DNA from: Zootoca vivipara
Lineage: Eukaryota
Direction of reading: 5' to 3'
Length of the DNA: 64,000 bases
Assembly: GCF_963506605.1 (NCBI RefSeq)
Contig: NC_083290.1
Span: forward strand, 6,076,001-6,140,000
The position numbers and the translations under genes are program-made. The notes under the pieces were generated by a model. That model searched no databases and was not told the DNA's origin. It worked only from the letters and a program-made list of their open reading frames with translations. Below, piece after piece: positions 36,001 to 50,200 of this stretch. Within the stretch, counting starts at the first letter, position 1, and each line of letters starts with the position of its first letter.

Positions 36001-39000
36001 AAGGAATGGGGTTTATCTTGACATCTCTCAGCACCCCTAACTAATGGCAGCTCCCAGAAATCTGGGGGGGGGAGGGGGAGCCATGCCTTTTTAAAGTGGC
36101 ATCATAGCACTTTAGAACCATTGGCACATGGTGTGATTTGCAGAAAACTGAATCCTGTTTATGATGAGAGTGAGTGCCAAAGATCCCACTGAAGGTGTCC
36201 CCCTTACCGTGGAGTTTGTCATAAATACTTTGGTTTTTCCACAATATACTGGCACAATACAGGATTGGTTCTCTGTAGGCTTGAGGGGAGGGGCATCAGG
36301 GGGGCACATTTGCTGAAGGATCTCTTGGACCGCAGAGCGTAAAGCATTGCTTTTGTCCTCTGCAGAAGACACCATCAAACCTGTGAGAAAAGAAGGGAAT
36401 ATTTTATAATGTATTATTTTACTGCTAGAATCATAGAAATTGTATAGTATTGGTTTTATTTTGAGGGGGGAAATGAGGCTGACTTTAGCTTTTAAACATT
36501 GATTTTTATTGGCAATTTTAATATATGTTTTAATATTTCATGTAAACCGCTAAGGGGTTTTAGGATGAATTGGCAAACTGATCTTGTTGTAGAAATAGAA
36601 ATAAAGACAAAGACATGGTTGGCTTGCCACATATAGCTTGGACCTAACCTCATGAGACCTGACCCTGTGCTTACCTCCACTGGCTGGCCTGGTCTGCTAA
36701 AGCAAACAGAGAAAGAGAGATGTGATTCGTTGCTTGAAAGGAGAAACAGCCCAGTAGAGAGAAAAGCGGTTTTTTGCAAGAGCAGCAGAATAATCCAGGG
36801 TGGAGCTGGAGAGATGAAAAAGTGTAGTTGGAAGGGTATTGGATTCATGCACAGAAGAGGAAAATACAGTAGCAGCATTTCTTGCATAAAAGCAGGTTTC
36901 TGACAATGCCATTATGACATCAAGAAAAATTCCATTCTGCCAATTTTGGCTTGTATAAGATCATAAGAAGAGCCTGCTGGACCAGGCGAAAGGTCCGCTA
37001 GATGCCTACAGGGAACCTGGGTGCAAGAGTGCTCTTCCCAACTTCCCAATCTGTCTATAGAGGCACGCTGCCTCTGACGGGAGGGAGAACACAGTTGCAC
37101 CGTCGCCAGTGAGGGATGATAAAAATGTGCACCACACAAGACATAGCTGTCAACCCTCCGTTTTTTTGCGGGAAACTCCCTTATTCCAAGCCACAGATGC
37201 CAACTTTCCCTTTTTTTGCTGGAAATTCCTTTATTCCAGCGCTGTTTCCCACTGCTATCCTGGATTGTTAGATATACCATAGACTGTCCCTGGGACAGGT
37301 GAGGCTGCTGATCCCTTATTTTCAAATCCGAAAGTTGACAGCTATGGCTAGACATAAATACAATTTTTAAAGAATGTGAAATAAAGATTCCAAGGTTGCT
37401 TATCCACACTCAATGGGACAGATGCAGGAAACTTGACCCTGCACCAAAGCATTGTGTGCTTCGTTTTTGGCTGGCTCTGAGAAATAGCGCCAGAAAGTCT
37501 GAAAAGAAAGGCAGGAATTTAAAGTGGGGGAATTGACAGAGACTCTTAGATGGCTTCTCAGTGCACCAAGCTGGGAAATATCAGTAAATTCCAGACATAT
37601 TTCAAGTTGCTAAGGAAAAAGACTTGATTAAAGAAACACACCGTTCCCCATAATGTGCGAGAAACCATTCTCCTGAGGCGTGGTGTTTAACTTTTGCTTT
37701 GGTGATCTCCTCAGCACTTTATAACGCTCCATGAAGCTTTCAAAGGAAATCCTGCCAGGTCAAAGGGGAGGGAGAGAAAGAAAATCAGTCCAAAGCATTG
37801 CTGATTAAACATGTGCAGCCTGAGGCATCCTGAACACAACTCCCACTGCTCAGCCTCTCCTACACAAAGCATGCCCACATCTCATTGGATGACAGGACTG
37901 AATGCCCCACCTCCATGTCTGTTTTGAATAGAAGAGGAGTGCTAAGAGTTTCTGTCTGAGCAAGAGTGGTAGTGGCCTTTCCACACAACGATGGGGTGTG
38001 GAACAGGAACACCCTGTTTTGTGATCCGCTCTCTCTCTACTTTTTTAGATGTGGCAGCACAAGGTTGCATCCTAGACTGATCTCCCTGTTGTGATAGATA
38101 CCTTATCTTTCAATCTACTTGTTTCATGGTGGGGGGGACATTGTAGTGTGGTTGTTGCCAGCAATCAGCCTGAATTTGTACAATCTACTCCCCCACCCTG
38201 AAGGAAGGGTGAGGGAATCCAGATGAACATGTGTCCCCCGAAATAATAATAATAAATAATAATTTTTTCTTTATACCCCACCCTTTCCAATTTGAAAACC
38301 GGGTTCAGGGCAGCTAACAGCAAATATGAAACATTAATTAAAAGCGACTTTAAAAAACAGCATAAAATACAACGTAAGTATAGCAATTTTTTAAAAAAAG
38401 CAAGGGGGAATAGCAACTCTGCACAGCCTCACCGAATTGGGAAGCCTGCAGCGCTGATGTTGACAGCTTCCACGATGCCACATGCCTCCAACTGCTGCAG
38501 AACCTGACAAAATAGGATGATTTTTAAAGGCAGGGTTGAGAGCTGGTGCCCATTCTAGTGACTTTAAAGGCCAGCGATATGAAATAAGGCCTTCCTTGGT
38601 CAAATGTCACCTGCGCCACAGGTACTTATGTGGCCTTGGCACTGAGTTCGGCCCACCCCCCAAGCCAGCTTTGGACGTTCAATTCTGAGTGCATTACCTC
38701 GTCCTTTCGGAAAAGAGCTGCCCGGCAATCTGCGTTGGGCTTGATGCAGCGGATGTAGTGGGGGGTGGTGCTGCGCAGGATCTCCACCAGCTTCTCGAGC
38801 GACCCCTGCGAGACAAACAGAGGGCAGGGCGTTGGGCTCATCATTCCCTCTATTTCCGATGCTCAGGCTGTGAGCGCTGATGCCTAGGGAGGTAAAATGA
38901 TACCGCCTATGCCCAAGAGTAGGGACGGGTAGGAACTGAAAAATTCATTTCAGTTCGTGCTTAAAGGCCAATTCAACTAGTCTGCACTTTCTGTGCGGAG

Positions 39001-41186
39001 TGAAACATAACCATCCTTTGAAATGCACACGCCCCTGAATTTTGCTCTGGAGTTCTCCAGCCAAACGTTCATATGTTAGGTTGGAGCGTGCAAAAAATGC
39101 AGACGTTAGTAACAATAATACAGACAAATGCATTGTTTAGGGGGAATGACATAGCAAAAATGTGTCCATTAGGAGAAAGTCGCACTATGACACCAACGGC
39201 ATTTGAAATTATAAGTATATATTGCAAACTGATGTGGAAATGCAGAGAGCTGAATTTAAGATTTGAAAAAAAACAAGAGAAGCTTGTCCAAAACCCTAAA
39301 GGGCCACTGCTAGCCAATGTAGCCGATACGGAGCTAGATGGGCCAGTGGGTCTTATGTAATGCAGCCTTTTATGTTCCTAATTTCCTGACATGGTGAGTG
39401 TTGTTGGCACTCTAGGCACACACAAACACATACCCAATTCGTGCAGAGGAACAGTGAGTCTGATCCTGCATGGCTTGCACCCTAGCAAATTGCCTAGAAT
39501 CCTCAAGCAAGACACAGCTCTATGACAGGATGCTTGGGAAACAAGGCCCTCTGGTTCCCAGCCGCTAGGCATTTTGGAAACATCTAACATTACTGACGAT
39601 TGTTCTGTGTACAGAATGACCACTTGTTCTGAGAATCCCAGGTTTTATTCTGTTTAACAAACACTAGCTTCTAGCCCTCACTGTTGTACAGAGAAGTGTG
39701 GAAGAAGAAAAACAACAGCTTTGAAGGCACATAGCTTTAAAAAAAGGTATAAATATGGGACAAACCTTGAATTTGGAGACTACTGTAACCACCACAGGTT
39801 TCACCTGAGTCCTGATGTCGTTTGTGCTTGTTTTTTGGCTTGTGGTTTCCACAGGAAACAATTTCTGAAGCAAAGAATCCTGGGACAGCTGTAGCAACAG
39901 AACCAGCTCTGGGGGAACGGGGTCCTTTTTTGAGGGCAGGGAAGAGAAGACAAGGAGCGTGCAATTGTTATTATTTTCTGAGGGAAAATTGTATGAAACT
40001 TACAGGGAGCAGGAGGAAATATTATCGTTAGGACAACATATTTGCAAACAACTTGGGAGAAACTGGATGGAGAATACTTCCAACTTAAAATATTGCGACT
40101 TAAGGTAACATCCTGGACCAGGAGGCAATAACTGGGAGGCGATTTGGCACCCAAAGAGCTCTTTGTGCATACCCAGAGGTTTTGTTATTTCTGCAGCAGG
40201 GTCCCTGTCTCCAATGCCTTGGAGCCACCCAAACAGCATGAAAGAAGCTTTATTGCTCCTGAGAATAAGTCTTCTCACACTTGGGCTGATTGGAGCGTAT
40301 CAGAGTGAATGAAAGGTGGTGAGTCGGCCACTGAGGATAAGCTCCTACGCAGAAGAACATCAAGGAGGAGCTGTTCTATAGGCTCCAAAGCTAAACGTTT
40401 AGGAACACTGAAAACACAAGGTGCTGTTTCAAGAGAACAATGTGCAAGTTCTGCTACATACAATGGAACTTCAAGGAACGCACACTTTAAAAGCCACTCC
40501 AAAAGAAGGTATTTGAGCACTCCAAATCATTTGCCCATGTTTGTGTGCAGAAAGCTGTAGAAATAGCTGAAAGGCAACACATGAAGATCTGCAGTGATCA
40601 TTGCAATGCATCCCTGATTATTATTGTTGTATAATTATAAGTTTAGTGCATAAACTTAGAAGGGTGTTTTTTTTTAATTGCAGAAGGGGGCATGGCTGTG
40701 ACTATCACAAAGGGACCCTGCACATCTGAATCGGCCACTGGGGAAACCCAGCCAGATGGACGGGGTATAAATAATAAGTTGTTGTTGCTATTGCACTACT
40801 GAGTGTACCTTGTTCTTTTCCACCATTCCTTCCACCTGATAGCGGACATCCCCAGCGTAATGGGAAACAATGAAGTTGGGCTCCTTACTAAACCGGTCCC
40901 TGCTAACACACCGGTTGTCAGACAAAGCCACGTCAATCCGGGTTTGAAGCTGGCTGGTGTTGGAGGGTCTGTTGAGTCGGCATTCCTAAGAGAGAGAAAT
41001 GGCAAGAATGGGGAAAGTTGGACTGACAGAAGTGGGGAGGGGATGCCAAGTGAATTTTAATTGACACTATGGAGAGCAGTAAGTGTTTGCCATTGTGGGT
41101 AAATCAAACCTCCAACTACAAAGGCATTACCTCTCTTGAGTATTAGATCTGAGTGTCAGACTAGGACCTGGGAGACCAGGGTTCAA

Positions 41187-41237
<51 letters not shown>

Positions 41238-44200
41238 ATCCCATCTTTTCCCCAGACCAGGACTCAAGGTGACTTACACAAGTTTAAACACACAGATAAA
41301 ATACAAAAGCTGGAAACATGTAAAAGATAATTGTCACGAAGTAAATAAACGTTAGTATAACTGAAATAATATTAAAAACTAATTATTAAAATACAGATAA
41401 AGGTTCAAATCTCCACTCAGCAATAAAGTTCACTTGATGATTTTCAATATTGTTTTTTTTAACTGATCGCTCTTCCTGCTGTGATGTCAAAAAATTTTTG
41501 TGACCCACTCCACCCAAAATGTGTCCCTTAAAACATTAACATTTCTTGTTTCGCAAAACCCACCTGTTACACTTTGGTCCCTGGAAGGTCAACCATTGGT
41601 CAATGTGGTCCTTGGTCCAAAAAAGGCTAACCATCCATGTTCAAGACAAAAATCTCTTACTCCCCTGTAAATAGGAGGCTATGCTGCCTTTATGAAAATG
41701 TTCCCTTTATTACAGACGTTCAGGGTGTGAGTGCTAATGCTTATCAGTCAATGGGGAGCTGAAGTATTACTATCCATACACAAGATGGAAGGTTACTGTT
41801 TTTGTTTGCTACTATGGTCTGCATTTTTGTGTTTTTACGGTATATTGTAAACCACCCTGCGATCCTAGGATGAAGGGTGGTATAGAAAGTTAGTTACTGT
41901 AGTTAGTAAATGACTGAATGAATGAAGCCTGCAGGCTTGGGCTAGGGAACCATGAGGTTGGCAGAAGCACAATAAATAAATAAATTTGCTTCTCCCTAAT
42001 CCTAGTCCAACATTCTAACCACTATACCACACAGTCTTGGCTATATATCCAACAGGCCTAATCCACGGATGTCAGCACTCTCAGAAAGCCAGGAATGACT
42101 AGTGGTTTCAAAGCAGCCCAAATCACTGGAAACTGAGCACTTTGAATCATAGAATCATAGAGTTGGAAGAGACCACAAGGGCCATCCAGTCCAACCCCCT
42201 GCCAAGCAGGAAACATCATCAAAGCATTCCTGACAGATGGCTGTCAAGCCTCCGCTTTGGACCCACCTCGTTCAGCAGAGAGAAGATGCTGACTGGACTG
42301 CCTTCAATTACATCCAGGCAGCACTGATTGTCCTGGTAGTTGATGAAAGACCACTCCAGGCCTTCTGCAGCATACTCTTCCTGGGGAAACAGAAGGAGGA
42401 GGAGGAGGTGGGGCCACTCACAGCATGTTGCCCAAGCCCCACCCCCCTTCTACCGATGTTGGACCTGGCTGTTGCAAAACAGCCTCGTGGGAGAACCCAA
42501 ACACGGGCATTACCTGCTGCGCTTTGAGGAAATGGGCTACAAAATGCTGCTGCAGTTTCTCGTTGGCATAGTTGATGCACAGCTGCTCCAGGTGGTTGTG
42601 CGGAAAAGATTCAAAGCCGTAAACATCCAACAGGCCTGGAAGTTGGGGTGGGAGACAAGGCGGCTGGATCCAGCAATCTGGGGTGCTTCGATTAAGACAA
42701 TGTCCTGCCCTCCCCTACCCTGCTGCTCCAGGGTCCCCAATGGGGTGCCTGCAAAAAGTCTCTAGAAATATCCCCTCCAAACCCCAGTGTACAAGAGAGG
42801 CTGTTTACTCTTCTTGCTCAACTCCTGTCTGCACTGGGGTGTAGGAAGCTGTCTCCTATCAAGCAAGACCATTAGCTCAGTATTGTCTACAGTGACTGAC
42901 AGCAGCTCGCCCGGGTTTCAGGCAGGGAGTCTCTCCTAGTCTTACCTGGAGATTCTGTGGAATGAACCAGGGACAGCAGATACTCAGCCACTGAGCTGTG
43001 GGGCCCTTCCCACCAGTTGCCAGGATTAGACACCACTTGCCCACCCGTTCTGAACAGAGTAGAGTAGCATACAGCTTCTCTGTATAAGCAAGCATGGAGG
43101 TGGCTGATTGAAGTGCCTTTTCCACCACTGATGGAGTTTTTTGGGGTGGGACAGGGCATGTTGACATCATTTATCTCTCCTGCTCTTTTAGATGTGGCAG
43201 GCATTTTGTGTCATGGTGCATGTCCCATGGGAGCAATCTTGTGACTGGTGCCCACAATACTTCCTCAAAATTCAAAATATGCCCCATGGCCCAAACCCCA
43301 CATTGTCAGCCTTCACCCACAAGCAAAGGTGTAGTGGCCTTCATGTGGGATTCGTGTGAGCAGTCTAGAAAGTAAGTTATTTGCAAATTGAAAGTATTCC
43401 CTGCCTTCAACCCTACCCTGCCCTGGGTCTGAATGATTTATATCCAGGCTGCAAAATCCAGCTTTTTAAAAGCACAGAGTCTGGATTTCCTGGGTGCAAG
43501 TCATATGTTTGTTGATACCCCACACCCAGGAGGAACTGAAAAATGTTACCTATGAAGTTGCTCCAGACAGAAGGATCTGCATTGATGCTTCCATTGATCA
43601 CGGCCACCAGCCAGTCAAATAACCTGTAACAGAAAAAAGCTACTGTGCCATCCCAATTGGCTGGAGAGACAGACACCCTGTTTGAAACAGGTACAAGGGG
43701 AGGAGGCAGACACAGAGAAGCCTAAACGTTTGTGGCACAGATCTTGTGCAGGGCTTAATCTTCTAGCCTAAAAATCTGTTTCAATATTGAGACTGAACCT
43801 AGGACAAGTGAAAGAATGATCCCTTCCCCACCTTGCCTCCCCCAAAGCACACATGCTTTGTGCAGAGTTAACTTGGGGAATTGCAAAGATGGGCTCAAAC
43901 CAACATTTAAAGCAATGGCCCTGCAAAGGTTGTCTGATCAGACAACTCCCATCATCCTTGATCATTGGCCATTTGCTGGTTGGAGGCTGGTAGGAGTCGG
44001 AAGTCCAAAACATCTCGAAGGCCACGGGTTCCCCATCAGTGATCTAAAAATTAGTGAACCTGAAAAGGTCTAAACACAAACGTGGCAAGGCTGGTTTTCA
44101 TCATGAGTGACAGTTGCTCCGACTGTGTTGTGGCGTATCTGCACTTCCGAGCAGACTTCCAGCCAATCAGTCTTCCCCTTTTCCAGACACACTGTTCCAT

Positions 44201-47200
44201 TCCGTTCTCCACCTGTAACTCACGGCTTTCTATTTCCCCCCAACTCATACTGAACATTCCATGGCTACTGAGCATGCTCATGAGCACTCCGATAGCTCCC
44301 TCTTGTTTTTCAGTGGCCCCACTCTGCCACAATCCTGTTGGCACATTCCACCCAACTTCAGTATCAGAGGGAGACATGGGTGCTTCCTTATTTTTTTTAA
44401 AAAATTAATTTTTAATTTTCCTGGGTGCAAGAGTCGTATGTCTGTCAATACCCCACACCCAAGTCTGATTTAAAAGGTTTTAAATATATGTTTCAGATTT
44501 GCTTGATGGTTGCTTTGGACAGGGTCTCCATAGAAGAAAGCGGTCTAGGTCTATTGATTCAGAGGTGGGAAATCATAGCTGTCAAGTTTTCTCTTTTCTC
44601 GCAAGGAAGCCTATTCAGCATAAGGGAATTTCTCTTAAAAAAAGGGAGAACTTGACAGCTATGGTGGGAAATCCTCCTTCAGCCAGAGGCGGCACTCCCG
44701 GGTGGGCAATTTCCCAGGGGCCACATCCCAGTGGTGCGCAGGGCCGAGGTAAACATGGGTGGAAAGCAAATGTTACCTCTGAACAGTAGGCTGGTTTCTA
44801 CAAGCACTCCTCTGTCCCGACTCCAGACAAGCCAAGAGTTCAGGGACACACCCGAGCCATGCCAATCATTTAAAGGGGGGTATGAAGCTGGTGAGGGGTG
44901 TGGCTGGGAAGGAGGTGTGGCCCAGAGAGAGCCCTGAGGGCCACAGAAAGTGTCCTGGAGGTTGTAATTGGCTCCTAGGCCTAAGGTTCCCCACTCCTGA
45001 ATCAAGTACAGTGGAACCTCGGTTTATGAACACCTCGGTTTACGAATTTTCGGTTTATGAACGCCGCGGACCCATCTGGAACGGATTAATTCACTTTCCA
45101 TTACTTTCAATGGGAAAGTTCGCTTCAGTTTATGAACAGACTTCCAGAACCAATTGTGTTCATAAACCGAGGTACCACTGTAAACAGAATCATTATCATT
45201 GCCTTGCAGTTAAAACCACCTGGAGACTAGTGCAAGGCAGCGAATAAAGCACTGGGCTTGGAATGTGAAAGCCAAACCAGACCCAGATCTGCCACACAGG
45301 TTATATTCTCCACTGCGGGCTTGCCTACCTTCCAGGGGTGTTACCAGGACAGAATTAGGCTGCTCCTTTTCTTTTGGGGGAGAACAAAAGGCAAGGAAAG
45401 CCAAAGAGAGAGGGTGACACAGAAGCAGCTCCTGAAACAAGGTCCAGAGCACTTACTTGGCATAGATGACCTTGGCAAGACAGTCCCTTCTCGTCCCACA
45501 TTCAACCTTGGGGCAAGCCTTCTTGAATACCTGCCGTTGCTTCCCAGCTGTTATTGTCCGGATCCGCAGCGTTTCCAGCAACTGCTCTACGGGCACCTTT
45601 AATAATCTGGAAGCAGCCTTTGCAAATCCTGGGTTTGGAAGATTTTATTTTGCTTTATTTAAGGTTCTGTGGCTATTTTAAAAAAAAGATTCCCACTTAA
45701 TCTTGCGGTTTGTCCTTGGTTTACCACTCATTCTTTTCTGAGAGCAAGGCAACTCAAAAGTTCACACACAACGTTAAGCCAAATCAGACTTTAGTGATTT
45801 TCCCTCTAAATACCCTCATGATGCTCTCTGTCTAAGCCATGGTTTGAAAGTATAATTAGTGTGAAGGAGGCTACTGTAATTGTTGCCTAGCATCCTGGGA
45901 ACTTTAGTTGAAGGCTGGTCTAAAAATATAATGAATAATAAAACCAATTTTTTCAGGGATCGGAGGGATCATGGCGACTCACCTTTGGCGCTGTCGTCCA
46001 GTTCGCAAGGCTGCGACTCATCCTCAGCCTCAGAGAACTGGATGTTACCCAGGTGGAGAAGACCTGCTAATATCTGGGGGAAAAGGGATGAGATGCTTCA
46101 AGGGTGGGGGAACACTTTGGGGCACATAGACGATTCAGGTTAGCTAGGAGCCAGCACTCCAAACGTCCCTGCAGAATCTGGGTAGGAAGTCATCAATGTT
46201 CACCCTGCCAACGATTTAAGCCAGAGGCAGGAAACCTTTTTCACCTTAAGGACCGTATTCCCATGTGGGCAACTTTCTGAGGGCCACATACTATAGGGGA
46301 GTGTGGCCAGAGACATGCCACTCTCCATCCTCCTTCCAGGCATTATCATAGTAAAGCCACTAGCAGGGGCACAGTTCTGTGTTTCAACCAACCTTGAAAA
46401 CATTATTCTGCGTGGAGCAGTCAATGCCCAGATGCGACATCGCCTCTCGTGTCACCTCAAAGGAGTCCTCTGTGGAAGAGAAAGAGACCCTCAAGTTAGA
46501 GATGGAGATGGTGTGTCTCTTAAGAGTATTATCCCCATTGGGAAGAAAGCTGTGAAATGGTGCCTCTGGTGGACGGGGCCCCGAGGCAAAAGTGGGCAGA
46601 GCAATGACTGCAAAATTTCTCTTTGTGTAGTAGGTTACTTTCCATCCAGGCAAGAATGTGGTAATAATAACATCTCGAGGACCACAAGTTTCTAGTCCTC
46701 AACACAGCAGCGGTTGCAACCCCCCTGACAGATAACCATGCAGCCTTTCCTTAACAGAGAGCCTACATTTCTTTAAGCTTATTCTTAAACTTCCCCACTG
46801 CTTCCCCTAAAGCAGCTGAGGTTCCTTTTACAATATATGGTCCCAAAGCAACACCTTCTAGAGTCTTTTCAGGATTCGGAAGCCAGCAAAATTTTGCCCC
46901 TTCAGCGACGTCCCATTCCAGTCGTTCTTCGTGACTGGCACCTTTTGCAATCTGGAAAGGAAGAGTAAACAGTTCAGGCAATTCTCCTCAAAGCAAGCAA
47001 TGGTAGCGTAAGCAGCAAATTATATATGTGTGCATGTAGAGAAATGTAGGGAAGAGTAAAATGAGACAAGAAAAGGGAATCACTCACATTAAATTTAAAA
47101 GCAATGGCACAATATTACATCATGCCAAAACTATGGTTTGGAGCCAAAACCGTGGTGGTTGTAGCCAAGCCCGTTCTACTCAGAATAGACCTGTTGAAAT

Positions 47201-50200
47201 GAATGGACTTCAGTTAGTCATGCCCATTAGTTTCAATGGGTTTACTCTGAGTAGAAGTTAGTCAGATACAACCCATGGTTTCCAAAGCGCACAACAGTCT
47301 GCCTGTCTGCTTTCATATTTTACAATTTGTAGCTTATATCAAGAGAGGGAAAAGTTTGCATACAAACAAAAGAAAATAACAAAAAATATTAAAACCATAT
47401 GTAACATAAAATCTAGCTGATGACAAAACAATTACAATATTTTCCATGCAAAGAGGCATTTGCCTAAACCAGTGGTTCCCAACAGGTGGTCCGGGGACCC
47501 CCAGGGGTCCGCGAGCTATGCCAGAGGGGTCCGCAAGATGCTATTAGAATAAAAAATATATTAAATATATTTCGTATGATAACAGATTTTTTGTTTTGAC
47601 CGCTTCCTGCATGAGCAGAGTCTAGCGCAAAACTAGAATTAGATAGAGGCAGTAGTTCTGCTGTATGCCGTTAGGTGGCGCTTTACAAACACTACTGTTT
47701 TGCAAAGAGGCAACGCGCGCATTCTACTTCATTTGTGCGCTACTGCGCAGGTACCCTGTCTTCTCCATTCCCCTCCCTCCTCCCTGGCACGCGCTGCCTC
47801 TTTGCAAAACAGTAGTGTTTGTAAACAAAGCGTTTTTCGCGGAAGCTACAGTTTGCGTAGTTAAAAATGGACCGTTGGTTAAAAAGTGGTTCGTTAAAAC
47901 GACAAAGGCCTACAGATGAAGAGGAAGAACTGTAAAAAAACGTATAAATATAAAATATAAAAAGACTCTTAATTTGGCTCTCACTTTTTAATTTTAGGGT
48001 TAGGAATTAATGGGGGTCCTTGTCACAATAGCGGCTCGATGAGGGGTCCTCGAGAAAATTTTGTTGGGAACCCCTGGCCTAAACTAAGGAACAAACATAC
48101 AGATTTGCCAATTTAAAAAAAAAATGAAGGAATGACAGGTTAACATCATTGTTTTCTTTATTCCCCAATTATTAGTAACACAGAGAAATATAAATAACAT
48201 ACGTCTGCCTAAACTTACTTTCACAAAACCCACACTTGGAATAAAGAGGAGCGACTACGCAGAATCCATCCCTAGAATCGCCAGACAGGGCAGGGAGAGA
48301 TCCCTGCCTGAAACCCCGGAGTGCTGCTGCCACCCAGTGTAGACAGTACTGAGCTAGATGGACCAAGGATCTGACCTGGTATGAAGGCTGCTTCCTGTGC
48401 TGCTGTAATTAACTGACATCAAATTATTTCAAGGGTTTCTCTTTGTGTTTAATTAATTTGGTAATACTTATCAAGTTTAAGTTACCGATTTTGGGACCCT
48501 CAAAGGAGCAGAAGCCAGATACTGACTCTGCATTCCCCCGCATGTAAACATACAAAAAGGAAAGGTCATGTATTTGAAATAATAACAACAAAAAACACTG
48601 ATGGCACAAACCTGGTAGAAGATATGAAAGTTCCTTTCACAGGGGGCTTGGTAGGCAACCCTTGTTTTCTCCAGCAGGAAAGTCTGGATGGAAGCACTTG
48701 TTAGATGCTGAGACCTGGAGAAAAATGCTCAGAAATCATTTTTCAATATATTTCTAAGTATCTGGAAGTTTGTGAACCCCATCAACCCCAAGGATGCATG
48801 CCAAGTTCAGCACATGTCCTCATGGCAATAAAGACAGCACAAAATTTGCAGTTAGGAACTAGTGGCAATGTCAGCCAACTTCAGTGCTGTCCAGCTGTAT
48901 GTCTCTCTCTCTCTTTTTTAAATTCATACCTGTTTAGCTGAAGCTGGATGTATTTGCCAAAACGGCTGCTGTTGCTGTTCCGAAGGGTACATGCATTTCC
49001 TGCGAAGTCAAGCCCAAGTGGAGAACAAGAGAAGAGGCAGATTAATAATCAAAAATAAAACAACAACACACCAGTCAAGGCAATTCTCCCTCTTAAGGAA
49101 GGAAATGTAGCGGATTGGCAGATTCTGGGAATAGACAGTTCACCATTTGTATGCACACAATGGGAAATCCCTGTTAATGTAGAATAGGGTTGCCATATGG
49201 CTGGAATTTCCCGTACATAGCCAGCATACTGCAGTCGGGAGCAGAAATCTCAAAAATGTCCGGGAAAATCCGGAGGTATGGCAACCCATGTTGGCAGTGT
49301 CGTTTTGGGCGATTTCCCTTTAAAATAGCTCCAAAAAAGCTCAACAACTTTGGGCAAAACTAAAAATTGCTCACAACTTTGGCAAAAAAAAACCCCTTTG
49401 TGTCCGGATTCTCACCTTTTTGAAATATGGCAACCCTATTGTACAACAGACATGCGAAACTCCTGGCCTGCTAGACCATTTCCCCCAAGCCGCACACATC
49501 TGTACTACCTGATGTCATATGTGGTTTCAGGTGTGCAGCACATTAAGACATGGCTGCAGATCAACAACTGGGAGCCTTAAAGTGTACCGATTAGTACTTG
49601 GAAGGCGGTTTTCTATTTGGTGGCTTTTAAAATTCAATTTGAAATGAAAGCCCAGCTGAGGTTCTTTCAAGTCATGGTTTGCCTGCTGTCCACAGAACCC
49701 AAAGCACAGTTCACACCACCTGTGGTTTGGCAGTTTGATCTGTGCTGCTACACTGGCAGGAATATATCTATTCAAAAGTCATATTTACCAAAGGCTTCCA
49801 TCACTGGGTTGGAGTCCAACACCCTCTTTTCTATCCTTTCCACTGCCACACTGCCTTTGGGGATGGTGGAGGACGAGGCGACCGTGGCGTAAAATTTCAT
49901 CAGGCAACGCGAGGTCCATGTCTGGAAAGATGGTCATGAATGTGAGCTGTGGGCTGCTCTTGACAGATGTCATTGAATCAGAAAGGTGTTCACGGGGAGG
50001 GAAAGAGGGAGAGGCCACAAATGAAGAGCTAGCATTTTGAGACTGTTCCCACGTGCAGAGAACTTGCTGCTAGAATGTGTGAACAGGCACTGCTCAGCTC
50101 ACCCATGTGCTAAATAGAATGGCCAATGACTGTGGGAAGCTTGGACTCCAACGCTCCAACCTCCCTTCTCCTTTCCCATTTATCAGTTTAGTAAAAAATA

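Noticed and set aside
48930-48999. MYO19 switch I reading [10 protein letters not shown]
   Set aside because: Fits the NxNSSRFG consensus; not unusual
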